The notes: generated by a model not told the origin, from the sequence alone. A stretch of 64,000 nt of DNA from Selaginella moellendorffii (GCF_000143415.4 NW_003314333.1:62001-126000); one strand, 5' to 3'; positions 52,880 through 64,000 are shown, numbered from the stretch's first letter. Numbers and translations are program-made.

Positions 52880-54310
52880 TCAGCATAAAAAATGGTACAA
52901 GTCAATTTTACCATCTACAATATTAGCGAATGGTGCTCCCGATGGTCGTTCAGAGGGTTTTGGTCGAGGAAACGTGAAGGGCGGAAATACTCTCCTCTGC
53001 AATGTGGGGTCAATCGCATCCGATGGCGTGTGGGCACATGCCATTTCAGCTGTAGACTCTGGTACAACTGGCTCAACAGTGGCATGGGGTGGTTCCGATG
53101 GCGTGTGATCACACGCCATTTGAGCTGGTGCCTCCGTTGGCAAAGTGGACATGACCGAACAGGCAGTAGGGGCGGTGTAGGGATGTTCCAACGGCGCGTA
53201 GTCAGACAATTGGGCACACGTTGAGTCCGTTGGAAATGAGGATACGACCGGCTCGGCGGCTGGGGCGGCCTCATGCGGGTCCAATGGCGCCTGGTCACCG
53301 TCAGTTGGATACGTGGACAAGATTGACTCAGTGGTATGGGCAGCATCAAGTGGAGCGTGGTCAGCTTGCTTGGCGTTGATATGGATAGTAGCCTCCACCA
53401 GCTCTGATGACTCTTGCAGGCAAGTAGAGTCCACTGGTGGATCCATATGCATGTCCAAATATCTCCCTTCGATTGAGATGGTATCCTCCCTACTGACTAC
53501 TAAAAATAAACTCATTAGCACATCTGCTCTTCTTGCTCATTATCTTTCTCTGGCTCCTCATCCCCCTCCTGCATTTCTTCCATAGGCTGCTCAGGCTGGA
53601 TGGCTTGTTCTTCCAGGACCATCTTGGGAAAATCATCTGGCCGAGTCTCCATCTCAAAATACAAGACATCCATAGCCTGTTTTAGTGCGTGACCTAGGAC
53701 CGTATCCTCACCCGACTGTCTTAACATGGTTTCTGCACGTTCTTGCACCCTTCGAAGATGACGAGATGAGAAAAACATGGCCCTGACTTGAAAAGCATCC
53801 CTCATCCATTGTACCTCTCCATTAAGATTGGGGAAGGGGAGTCTGCCATAGGAATCTGAGTCAGGAGGTGGTGACCGCGAGGCATTACTTATCATCTTTT
53901 CGTTGCCCTTCTTCCTTTTCGAATCAAACGCCTCTGATCCCAACAACTGTCCAACGTGCTTTCGCTTTTTATGACCACTGTCAGTTTGAGCTTGGCTGGT
54001 GCTTGCCTGTTTTGCCTTTGAAGAAGTGTCTCCTGCAAGGAATGGCATGAGACCACACGCCATTGCAAATATAATTTGTACTTCCTTTTTTCCTATTGCT
54101 TGTCTGTTTGTCCTTCTTCGACGCGCCACCAGTGCGCTTTTCAGTCCTCGTGTCTGAATATTCACAACGATCTATAATCAAAATGGCGTGAGGCCTCACG
54201 TGACCTTACCTTGTGCAGGTTGTGAGCTCGGCCCAACAGTAGCTATTAACGCCGTTTCAGCATCTGGGGGTGGCCACGCTCCTGCATACAGAGCTTGTGA
54301 GATAACATTT
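52880..54310 (-). CDS. Low-complexity and basic linker exons of the cargo gene (spliced; structure uncertain)
   Basis: ORFs 52880-53521 (Pro/Ala/Thr/Glu repeats) and 53515-54165 (KKRK NLS-like), with GT-AG introns at ~54033-54081 and ~54155-54209. Confidence 0.45.
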
Positions 54311-54314
54311 AAAC

Positions 54315-56903
54315 TTAAAGTGTGTACTCACCAGGTTCGCAGAGAAGATACTGTTTTTCTTTGGCAACTATAATTATATGCTTCATTGAAGTCACCTCTT
54401 CAATGGAGTTTGTCACCGCAACACACGGGACACCCTTGAGTAGTGCGGCTCGAAAGAATAGTCCGCCGCAGTTGTACTCGACAACGCATTTGCCCTTGGA
54501 GTCGGAAGCAGGTGCTATTGCGTTGAAGACCCAGCTGAGCATTTCCCATGCTGCACCTGGAGCTTTCTCTGGATTCGAAAGCTCCATAGCCGTCTTCAGT
54601 TCCTCAGGCACGGGTAAATTGACCTCCCTCAAATCAATTCGATCGGCCTTATCGAACGAAGCTGGGAAGTCACTCCAGTCCCACTCTGCTGCAGGACCAA
54701 TAACAAGGGCGAGTGTGAAGATGCGGACATTCGTCGGTATCTTCTTCTTAGCCATTATCCCATGGATCTCCTGCATCTCCTTGCCTTTCAACCGACCCTT
54801 CACCTCATTCAAGGCCTTCCAGAACTTGTGATAGGATTCGGAGTCGTAGATCATATAGTGGACTGAAGATTCCACCTCCGCAAGTCCCACCATTAAGTCA
54901 ATGATGGAGCTGACTTCGTCTGCATGAGTGATCTCCTCATTTGTGAAGTCCATCACACAAAAGATGTTCTTGACCTGCTCATCTCCGCGGGAAACGATGC
55001 TCCTCCACCTTTGATCCTCATCCGAATTCACGTATACCCGGTAAGGTTCTCAATAGGCCTCTGCTGCGGGGTCGAGCTGTTTCTGAAGCCGGCGGTCGAC
55101 ATCCCTCTTAATGAAATTTGGATACTGATCCAAGTTCTCAGCTTTACTTTTCGTGGCATCCCGCAGCAGATCGATGAACTTGGGGGCCCCCTTCACGTAC
55201 TCATCGATGTCTTCATTTGACAACTCCAGCTCTTCCATCATCTCTTGCGTGGTGTCGATGCTCACCCTCTCCACGGCCACTTGCTCGAAGATCCAATCCT
55301 TCAATAGCGCACGAGCTCTCAGAGTCGTGCACAAGTCCTCATATGTCACAATATGGCCGGGAGTCATTTTGGTCTTGTTGAAGACTACCTCACCACGTAG
55401 AAGAGCATTAGCCACTATTAGAAGGTCGTCGTCGTCTAGAGACCGTGAGAAACGCAAGGCGTTGAGCTTCAAATCATTGGGCTTCCGGCCGTCCTCCACA
55501 CCCATTAAGTTTAGCAACTCCCCGTCATGGTACCTCCTCAGCATATCTACCCATTTGTCAAAAACAACTTTTGTCGCGAGTAGAATGTTATGGATGCTGA
55601 GTGTGTCATTGACCCCCAGTGTTTTCGAGAGAACACTCGAGAATTCCTGCAATGGAAATGGCGTGAGGCCACATGCTATGCCACATGCAACGAGGCTTAC
55701 CTGCCAGGCGCTAGTTGCTAGTGCACGTCCTTGTCCTGGTTTTTGTGGCTTCTTTAGTTGAACCCAGAGCTTCCGTGTTCGTGCCAATGTCTCGTGCAGA
55801 CCCGATTTGTAGCACGTTTCTTGCTTGACATTCTGCGCGTGGGAGATGTATATGATAGATCGGAGGGGCGAGTTGCCTTTTATCAGGCGGACAACTCTTG
55901 TCTTGAAGACTTTCTTCACCTCCTCGCCCACCATAATATCCACAACTATCTCTTGCATCGCCAAGCTAGAATGCTACCCAGAGACGGCATAGAACCGGAT
56001 GTTCTGATCGTCCAACACCTTCCTATTGATCAAGTCTGGAAACCTCGTCTCGCCCTTCATTGTTTGGTAGTAGCGGATCACATCTGCGATGTCGGGTGTT
56101 ACTGGACTTGCCAGCATCTTCTGCTTCAGTTTCTCCACCCACTCATCAGATACTAGCCTGTGGTTGTATTTGCTTTGGATGTCGATACGGCTCACGTCGA
56201 TTGTATATACTTTGTTGGAATAGTAATAAGTACTATTATCTGCGACGATTTTTGCTGCCTCTTCTTGCTCTTTCTGCTCTTTGCGACTCTTCTTTTTGGT
56301 GGGTGTAGTGTTCGAACCCGAGGCAATGGCATCACCGAGTAGCTTCTTTTTTGGAGCTGCAGGAGAGTCGGACGTCGGCTTGAGCTTGACCACCCTTTTC
56401 TGCTTCGGGGTAGTTTCCAGATCGACCCCCTTCCCCTTCGCTTTGCAAACTGGAGGCACTCTCAACGGCTCAATGTTGGAATATAGTTTTTGAACATCGC
56501 CGTAGGTGAGGTCCGTGGATTCCATGTGATCTTCATAGACCCGCAGCGTCTTTGAAATTGTGGGCCTCCTAGACAACCTCTCCCTAGCTCCCTCTAGGAA
56601 TTCCTCATAGCCGCTGCCCCCCTCCGGGAAGCCGCTAGGATGTGCAAGGTGGATCTTGAAGGCGGACGCTGTCTCTACCACAAGTGCCAGTCCATATTCT
56701 TGCATGGAACTGCATGGAGTGTCTGTCACTTGGATGAGGATCCCCATGCATTCTTTTCTCCCACCATCTGTGTTGTACAGCCTCAGATCCTCGCCTTCCA
56801 TCCCGAAAGTCCAACTGGTGAGCTCCTCCCCCTTCTCTGCATCCACATTGACAGTGGCTGGAAGAAGAACGCAATTCCTCGCCTGTTCAGAAATGCACAA
56901 CAA
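54315..56903 (-). pseudogene. Cargo gene core: ParB/Srx-like domain + helical region + degenerate amino-methyltransferase-like fold (copy 2, two premature stops)
   Basis: Three same-frame ORFs separated by TAG (55974) and TGA (55050), both sense codons in copy 1. Intron at 55647-55700. C-terminal CVVEYNCGGLFFRAALLKGVPCVAV resembles VLDPFxGSG..AA...GR..IG. Confidence 0.6.
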
Positions 56904-58384
56904 TTAGAGCTGACAGATGAAAAGCTAACAGCTAGACATAACGTGAGGCCACACGCCATTCACCACTACATCAGATGTCTTGAGGCTGCATCCTAAGATG
57001 GCGTGAGGCTACACGCCATCTGTAACCGGACTGCACTCGAGAGCCCAATCGGTGCATGCCAATGTTGCTACTGAATGGCATGTGGCCTCATGCCATTTTC
57101 TACTTGGCCTAAAAGACTTACCATTTGAAGCCGAATGGAGGCCGTGACAATCGAGGCCGGACTCACTGGTGAATGTGCACTGTGTGTGCAGCGGATCGTA
57201 GCAGCAAAGCTACTCTGCCACTTACAGTTGGAGAGTGGCGCTGAAATCTCTCGGGACGCTAAGTGGGCTGCGTGTGGGTGGCGGAGTGGGCGGCGGAGTG
57301 GGCGGTGGAGTTGGCGGCGAAGTTACAAACTGGGTGTGTCTTGAAGTGGATGCCGATGCACACGAGCGCGATGCGAGCGCGAGTGTGATGCAAGTGCGAG
57401 TGGACGCCGATGCACACGAGAAACCTGTAGAGAAGGTAGATGAGCGCGAATGTGAGCGTGATCGCGAGTGGGAGCGCAATGCGAGCGCGAGTACGATGCA
57501 AAATGCAAAACCTAACCTCACACGCGCAAAATGTCACGACGGTTGGTAATCCCGCCACGTCATCATTCCTCAGACTTGGGTGCCACCATTAATTTCTGGA
57601 TCGCCGCGCGCATGCATGCACGTGAAATCCAAAAGAAATCCGCAACGTCATCATTCCTCGGACTACATGCATGCAAAATCCAAAAGAAAGATCATGATTG
57701 GGATATCATTTAATACCCTCGCTATATTTATACCATGCATGATTGGATATTCCAAAGCATCTTGTATTTCCAAAAATGCCAGATGTTCAGCTAAATAAAG
57801 AATGGTATACAATGTAATTTTGTGCTCATGCAATTTTGATCCCAAAAAATGCACCAAAAAATTCTCGGCGTCATCTGGCGTTATCTCTTGAATGGCGTGG
57901 GGCCGCATGCCATTTTCAGGGGCACATAGGAGTATATTCCTATATTCTAACACGCGCAAGATTTTTTTGAGTGTTCTGGAGATCCAACCGTTAGATCGCA
58001 ACTAGATTTTACAGAATGATATACAATGTCTTTCTTGATGACCCTGCAAAGAAGCATCTCGATCAGACACCACATGAGACCACACGAGCCTTACAATGTT
58101 TCAGGGGCATTTGCCATAGATCCGACTGTTATTTTGCTCCAAGATTTTACAGTTTGGTGTGCATTGACCTTTCCATCGACACTGCAAAGGGACATCACAA
58201 TCAGATGTAGGATCATAAGAAACTAACTTCACTAACTCTGGTTTCACCAAGATCTACGTAAAGAGTTATGAAATGAAAGGACCCTCTCTATTGAAATGTG
58301 TTTATGGTCCTAGGGGCATTGTGACATATCAAAGGATTTTGCATCAAGTTCTGTATTTGCATGTTTATCAAGCTACTGAATTGC

Positions 58385-58409
58385 TAAACCCTAAACCCTA
58401 AACCCTAAA
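58385..58409 (+). promoter_or_regulatory. Telo-box-like (CCCTAAA)3, copy 2
   Basis: Same as 40324-40348. Confidence 0.5.
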
Positions 58410-59696
58410 CATGTGGCAAATGCTGCGTGAAGAAAGATGCCCTTTCTGGGCAAATGCTGTAAGAGGCAGATGCCGAGCAGATGTATCTTAGGCTAGCGAA
58501 GGGGACAAACAAAAGCTAGCTATAAACATGACGGGATGCAAATAGATTACTAGGCTGGTCCTGTGAAAATCAAAAACCATAATTGAAAACATTGAAAATG
58601 CAAAAAGAAAGGTTTATAATATTTTTGAATTTTAAGCAACCAAAGGAATGTAAGTAGGGCATGTGTTTGTAAGTTTAAAAATGCCTCAACCACTTAAATT
58701 CCCAAGTAAATAAAGCTGTTTCTATTTTTGGTACAGGTAAACTTTATAGCGTGTGGGCTCATGCAATTTTGAACCCAAAAATGCACCAAAAAATTTTCGA
58801 CTAGCATTATTCTTTGAATGGCGTGTGGCCTTATATTGCCATAAATGGACGTACACACACAGCATAATTATTCCTTTACACGGCGAATAATCTTGGCGCG
58901 GATCGCTGACATGGCATGGCAAAGTTCGAGTCACTGACATGGCACAGCTGGATCGAGGCAAGGACATGATGTGACAAAGTTCAACCTCCGACAGCAAAGT
59001 CTAGAAGCTACTCAGTTTGAAATTTGTCAGAGGAATCATAAGATCTAGTTTGTCAGAGCATTTGATGTGACGTTCAAGCGTGTGTTATTTTTGAATTCTC
59101 GAACTCATTCCTAGGTCTATCATTTTTGTGCGACGTGTTCTTGGTTCCGCTGAGCGCAGTGAGCGCTGCTTGTGTAAGCGGCGTTGTGGGCTGTGGTTTA
59201 TGCGTCTACGAGCAGTTGCGGCATTGCGAGCGCCATTGCGAGCGGCAATTTATGCGAGTGGTAGTTTGTGCGAGCGGCGCTACTGATATGCACACAAAAA
59301 TATATACAGTTGCAGCAAGGCAAAAGGAATATGGCAATAGGCTAGCAGGGGCCAAAGATGGCATGAGGCCTCATGCCATCTTGATATACACACAGCTGCA
59401 GGCAAGTAAAAACATACATGACAATACGCTAGCCATGAAATTAGCAAGGTAAAAGGAATATAGCAATAGGCTAGCAGGGGCCAAAGATAGCGTGAGGCCT
59501 CATGCCATTAGTGGTACCACTAATGGCATGAGGGCTCATGCCAATTTTGTGAATGCGAAATTTTACGTGGGTGTCAATAGCATGTTTGAATAATGGCATG
59601 TGGCCTCATGCTATTGAGGTTGTTTGGTATGTTATGATTTAGGCCATTCTCCAATCATTTTTTGTATGGTCTTAACTTCTTTTCTGCACTTTCAGA

Positions 59697-62600
59697 ATGG
59701 CCTTCAGGGTTGGGGAAAAGGTTTACATTTTGAATGGTGGGAAGAGAGTTGCAAAAGGGACCCTTGTGTCTATGGATCGGAACTTTGTTATACACTGTCA
59801 AAGGCTTGGGGAAGGCAATGCTGCTGTATCAGTAGAGACTGTCTTCGATGGGAATGTGGTCGCTATTGAACGAGGAGAGATGGTCGTCGGGGTAAATATT
59901 GTTGTTGCCTTGAAAAATCTTCAGAAGAAAGCAGATGTTGGGGACAGCACAAGTGCGACACATGTTCCCTCCATGGATCTTAAGAACCGTGCTACATGGA
60001 TTCAGGCAAAGGTGTTTCTAAACAACCCCGAGGGGGAGGTGGTAGCTGAGGGCTTAGCCACAGTTGTCGATCCAAGAGATGCGGTTGCTAATCAAGAATT
60101 GGGCTGGGATGATATTGGAGTTGCGATTTTAGAGGTTGTTGACATAGAAGAAAACAGTCTGACTATTGGAAGCATTGTGCGGTGGAAATTGAGGCACTTA
60201 GTGTTTGAGAATGTGAAGGATTCACAATCAAACACCACTACAACTGATGACAGAACATCTCTTCATGGGAAAAGAAAGTACACCTTCCTAAAGCGCAGCC
60301 AAAGGGATCTGAGCAACAAACCGAAAAGGCAGAAAATAGCGATGGAGGTTCAAATGGTCTCGACAGTTGCTTGTTGCAAAAGGAGGTGCTGTCAACATGC
60401 TGATTGGGATGCTATTGAAAAGGAGAGAGCAAGATACAAGACATTGTCCTGGAAGGCAACTCGCAATTTTGTGTATGAGGCATTACGGTCATCTGTTGAT
60501 GCTTCAAAACATCAGGTGGGGGGCATGGTCTTCCAGAGGGGTTTGGTCTGCATGAAGGCATGGAGAATCATTTATGGAGTCCCTCGAACCACATTCTACA
60601 GAATCAAAACTAAGTTCGAGGAACAAAGGGTTCAACAGGCAGTCCATAGGAACGACGGTACTCACAAAACCAGGGGTCATGTTGTATATGGAGAGGCAAT
60701 CTTCAAGAGGTTTGTCGAGACATATAGCGAGCAGCAACCACATAAAACCCGCCTCTTGGAAGATGGAACACGAGACACCCAACAAGTTCTCCCTTCCATG
60801 TATACCAAGGGGGCCATATTGGAAGATGTGAATCGGGAACTCCAGAGTAATGGCTACAGGAAGCTGAGCCAATCTAGATTTAGTAGATTGTGGAGCAACA
60901 GGTTCAGGGATGTGAGTATAGGAAAGTACTCCAGCTTTTCAAAGTGTGACGAGTGCACTGCTATCAAAATGGCTTTGTCGAAGAATTCTTGCAGCGCTCA
61001 AGAGTGAGAGACGTTGGTTAGAAGGCGGCTCAACCACAACATCGAGCAAAGAAGCTGCAGGACTGCATATTATCATAACAGGATTCTCTCCATAGAGAGA
61101 CCTGACTCTTACCTCTACATCATCCACGACAAAATGGACTAGAAAAAGACGTGCTTACCTCGACTCAATCCTGCCCCCAAGGCAATCTCTTCATCCATGC
61201 AGCTGCCTGTGTCTCTGTTTGGCATAATCGCTCATGGGCAAGGTGCCCAAAACTATGGGAACTTCTTTGTACCTCTATGGGGTGGCGGGGGTGCAAACAT
61301 GATGATTGCGTCCCTAGCAAAACACTTAAGGTCTCTGCAAAGTGCGCAGACTGAGCTGAACGGCCAACCCTTGCATAAGGCCCTTGTCGATCGAACCCCA
61401 TACAGGGTTCAGCTGGAGGAGGAGCAAAGGCTTGTAGTATCGCGTGGGGCCCCATGCCATCCAAGTGAATATGTTGGCCGTCAGATTGTAGGGTTATCAC
61501 GTGAGGCCTCATGCCATTCCGACAAGGCTGGTTGCCCGGTGAATGCACAGCCTCATCCAAACGAAGCAGAATCTCAAGGAAGTTCTTGCGGCCGATGTGG
61601 CCTTCCACCCCATCTTCTGCTCCAAACAGACAATGCTGGCAGTGAGAACAAAAACATGTACGTCTTCGCGTACTTGGCGATGCTTGTTGCCAAAGGCATA
61701 TTTGAAACGGTTACACTTGGCTTTCTCATGGTTGGGCACACTCATGAAGACATTGATGCCATGTTCAGTCACCTGGCAGAGTCCCTCCGGCGATCCAATG
61801 TCCTCACCCTCCCACAACTCTACGATGAATTCCAAAATTGCATCAAAGGCACTGTTGAAGCTGCACTTGTGACAGAGGTTCCAGACTTTTAGGGGTTTGT
61901 AAGAGGCTACATCAGGGACGGATCTGAAACGCTGATTGGCCACTCCAAGCCTCTTCATTTTCATTTCAGCATGCGTGACGGTGCTCCAGTGATGAGGTAC
62001 AAGATGAGAGAATGGGACACAGTGTGGCTGCCAGTGGACGGCATTGAACTCTTCAAGAGAGATCCCATAACTGGGGAACCTATGTTTCCTCAGGGTTCCC
62101 CACGGCCGATGCACCCGGATGGACTCAAAGACCAGGAAAGTATAGTGGCCGGGATTAGACAGCATATTGCCTTCTGGAAGAGGGGATTAGTGTTTGGTGG
62201 AGAATCCTATTTTCAGAGGTGCAAGACTTTGATCGAATACTGGGAGAAGATTATATCTGCTATCCAAAATGGGCCGGTTGTATATGAAGAATTGGAAGAG
62301 TCCTTTTGGCCAGAACCCAGAGCACTAGATAGTAGCGGAACAATGTCCTCTGGAAATGTAGTGACAGATAACGATGTTGAGGATCACTATTGTGGGCCGA
62401 GGAACAAGAAGCCGGATTCAGCATTCAATCCAGTACAGGTCTGCAAAGGAATGGTCGTGCTTGTCAGACCCAGTAATAAAAAACAAATGATATGGGTGGG
62501 GCGCTGCATCGCTGATGCAGAGGAGGACGTGGAAACTAACTCCTTCAATGTAACTATGGAGTGGTTCAAGCCAAGTTCCGGATGTACGAAGGATTGCCTA

Positions 62601-62765
62601 GAAAAGAGATGGGTGCTGAATCCAAGGGATCCCAGCATGAGCATATCGGTGGATAATGTTGTGCATGGTTGGATGCGGAAGCAGAGTGCCACCATCACCT
62701 TGCCAGACCATGCAAGAGATGCAGCAAGCGCATTCATAACCCGGGTTCAAGGTGAGATTCATTAA
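59697..62765 (+). pseudogene. Sola-like DDD transposase (~1,020 codons, three in-frame stops)
   Basis: Single frame with stops at 61005, 61140 and 61890. Cys motifs CCKRRCC, VCMKAW and KCDEC. Catalytic candidates IIHDKMD, QTDNAGSENKN and FLMVGHTHEDIDAMF. C-terminal beta-rich VVLVRP...IWVGR...MEWFKP domain. Confidence 0.85.
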
Positions 62766-64000
62766 TATTCCTTTACTAAGTTTCTAATGTATTTTATTTC
62801 AAGGTGAACAATCCGAATCTGAATCAGAGGAGGCGTGATGGCATGTGGCCTTACGCCATTCCTAGGTGAGATGATACAAATAACAAGTGTAAATTCTTAG
62901 TTGTTCTAGCAAATCTTACTTAAAGTTCAAGGTGAACAAGCCGAATATGAATTCATCGGATTGTTATAACAAATTGCGAGGTGATGGCATGAGGCAATAT
63001 GCCATTTGAGAGTGGTAGCCATTCCTATATGAGCTGAGTGAAATATTTATTAGAAATACCTCATTCAATTGTGCACTTCTAAGTCTTGGTCCACTCAGTA
63101 CTGTTTGCATGTTTTTATTTTAATTCTTTCTCTAAAATGTTATTTAGCATGTGGCTTCATGCCATTGCTCTCCTTTTCTATCCTTGCATAATACTTCTCC
63201 ATATATATAGCATGTGCGCACATGTGATATGGTTCATTAGGCCTGATATAGTGTGTGAGGTAAAACAAAGATGATGTGACATATGCATTTACCAATCACA
63301 CGTGCATAAATCTAATAATATGGCGTGTGGCCCATATTAATGGCACATAAACCCATATTGTGGGCTTACGTGCTTTATGTACCATCATTCCCTTGCAGCG
63401 TGTGTGTTGGTTTCCTTTTATAACACAACGAACTCCATATTTTAGGGTGAAGAGCGTTCTCATGGCAAGCACAAAATCTGTAAGTGAGGCAGAAAAGGAG
63501 ACGGAGAAGGAGATAGGTGAAGATGTAGAATATATAAGTCTTCCAAACTCCCCGTACTATACTCCAGGTGATCATTTTTCTGAACAAATGGCAACATTAA
63601 CAACTATCGAGAACGCCCCAGTAACGTCAAAGACAACAATTCAAAGCAAAACAACTGACCCGGAGAAGGATGATAGTACCGTTGAGAGTACCAAAAAGGA
63701 GGTGTCCACTAGCGCTTAGGCTTATAATGGTGTGTGCCCTCATGCCATTTACTTGATCACCAAATACCTTTTTCCCTTTGCACTAGTATATCTTAATACC
63801 GGTCTGAGAAATAGAATGGCATGTGCCCTTAGGCCTTTTACTAAATCACCTTTGAAAGAAATGCAAGCCTCTTTGTCGTAAAAAAAAGGTACTACAGAAA
63901 TTCCTTAATAATATGAATGTTATTTAGTTTCATGAAAATACACTAAGGGTCAAATGAGTTAAATGACTTCTCCAGACTAGCAATGCCTCTTGCTACACCT

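Larger units (their letters stand above)
52069..63837. repeat. Dispersed 22-bp palindrome family ATGGCRTGWGGCCWCAYGCCAT (~23 copies in copy 2)
   Basis: Starts at about 52069, 53023, 53098, 54042, 54183, 55658, 56938, 56998, 57075, 57892, 58817, 59358 (perfect), 59487, 59523, 59593, 61439, 61496, 62838, 62984, 63145, 63320, 63727 and 63816. Confidence 0.9.
51691..64000. mobile_element. Sola-like TIR DNA transposon, copy 2 (near full length, right end just beyond the window)
   Basis: Left end AAGCTCTATT-GTGGGA is the copy-1 TIR with a short internal deletion. Contains the divergent cargo and transposase genes. 63744-64000 matches 42950-43204. Confidence 0.87.

Noticed and set aside
54315-56903. 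Bacterial or phage contamination explaining the ParB/MTase-like gene
   Set aside because: It has spliceosomal-type introns, lies within TIRs in two copies, and is contiguous with plant retrotransposons.
63360-63719. Third transposon gene
   Set aside because: Short low-complexity ORF with no recognisable motif and no second copy to test conservation.
52069-63837. Palindromic repeats as a CRISPR array
   Set aside because: Spacing is irregular (14 bp to >1.5 kb), repeats lie within introns and ORFs, there are no cas genes, and the context is eukaryotic.

Overview
This is a repeat-dense eukaryotic window from a land plant. The 50-60 bp GT-AG introns, a plastid-type uL10 gene, CCCTAAA telo-boxes and a Tcn1-like chromovirus suggest a non-seed plant such as a lycophyte (inference). 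From left to right it holds: (1) decayed CDKAL1/e-MtaB and RPL10 pseudogenes flanking one apparently intact 4-exon Crinkler/CR-type coiled-coil + P-loop NTPase + PD-(D/E)xK nuclease gene (2280-5003); (2) nested Ty3/gypsy LTR elements of at least four families, two with verifiable 5-bp TSDs, plus an L1 ORF1 relic; (3) a relic of a beta-class N6A/N4C DNA methyltransferase gene interrupted by a non-autonomous hAT element with an 8-bp TSD; (4) two copies of a large TIR DNA transposon (36035-43581, internally deleted; 51691 to beyond the window end). This transposon is the most interesting object. It encodes a Sola-like DDD transposase on the + strand. On the - strand it carries a spliced cargo gene or genes with a ParB/Srx-like domain, a degenerate amino-methyltransferase-like fold and an FCP1-type HAD phosphatase domain. 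About 23 copies of a 22-bp palindrome (ATGGCRTGWGGCCWCAYGCCAT) are scattered through the longer copy; they sit mostly in introns and non-coding DNA and mark an inversion and a deletion between the two copies. All domain calls come from visual motif recognition, not database searches.
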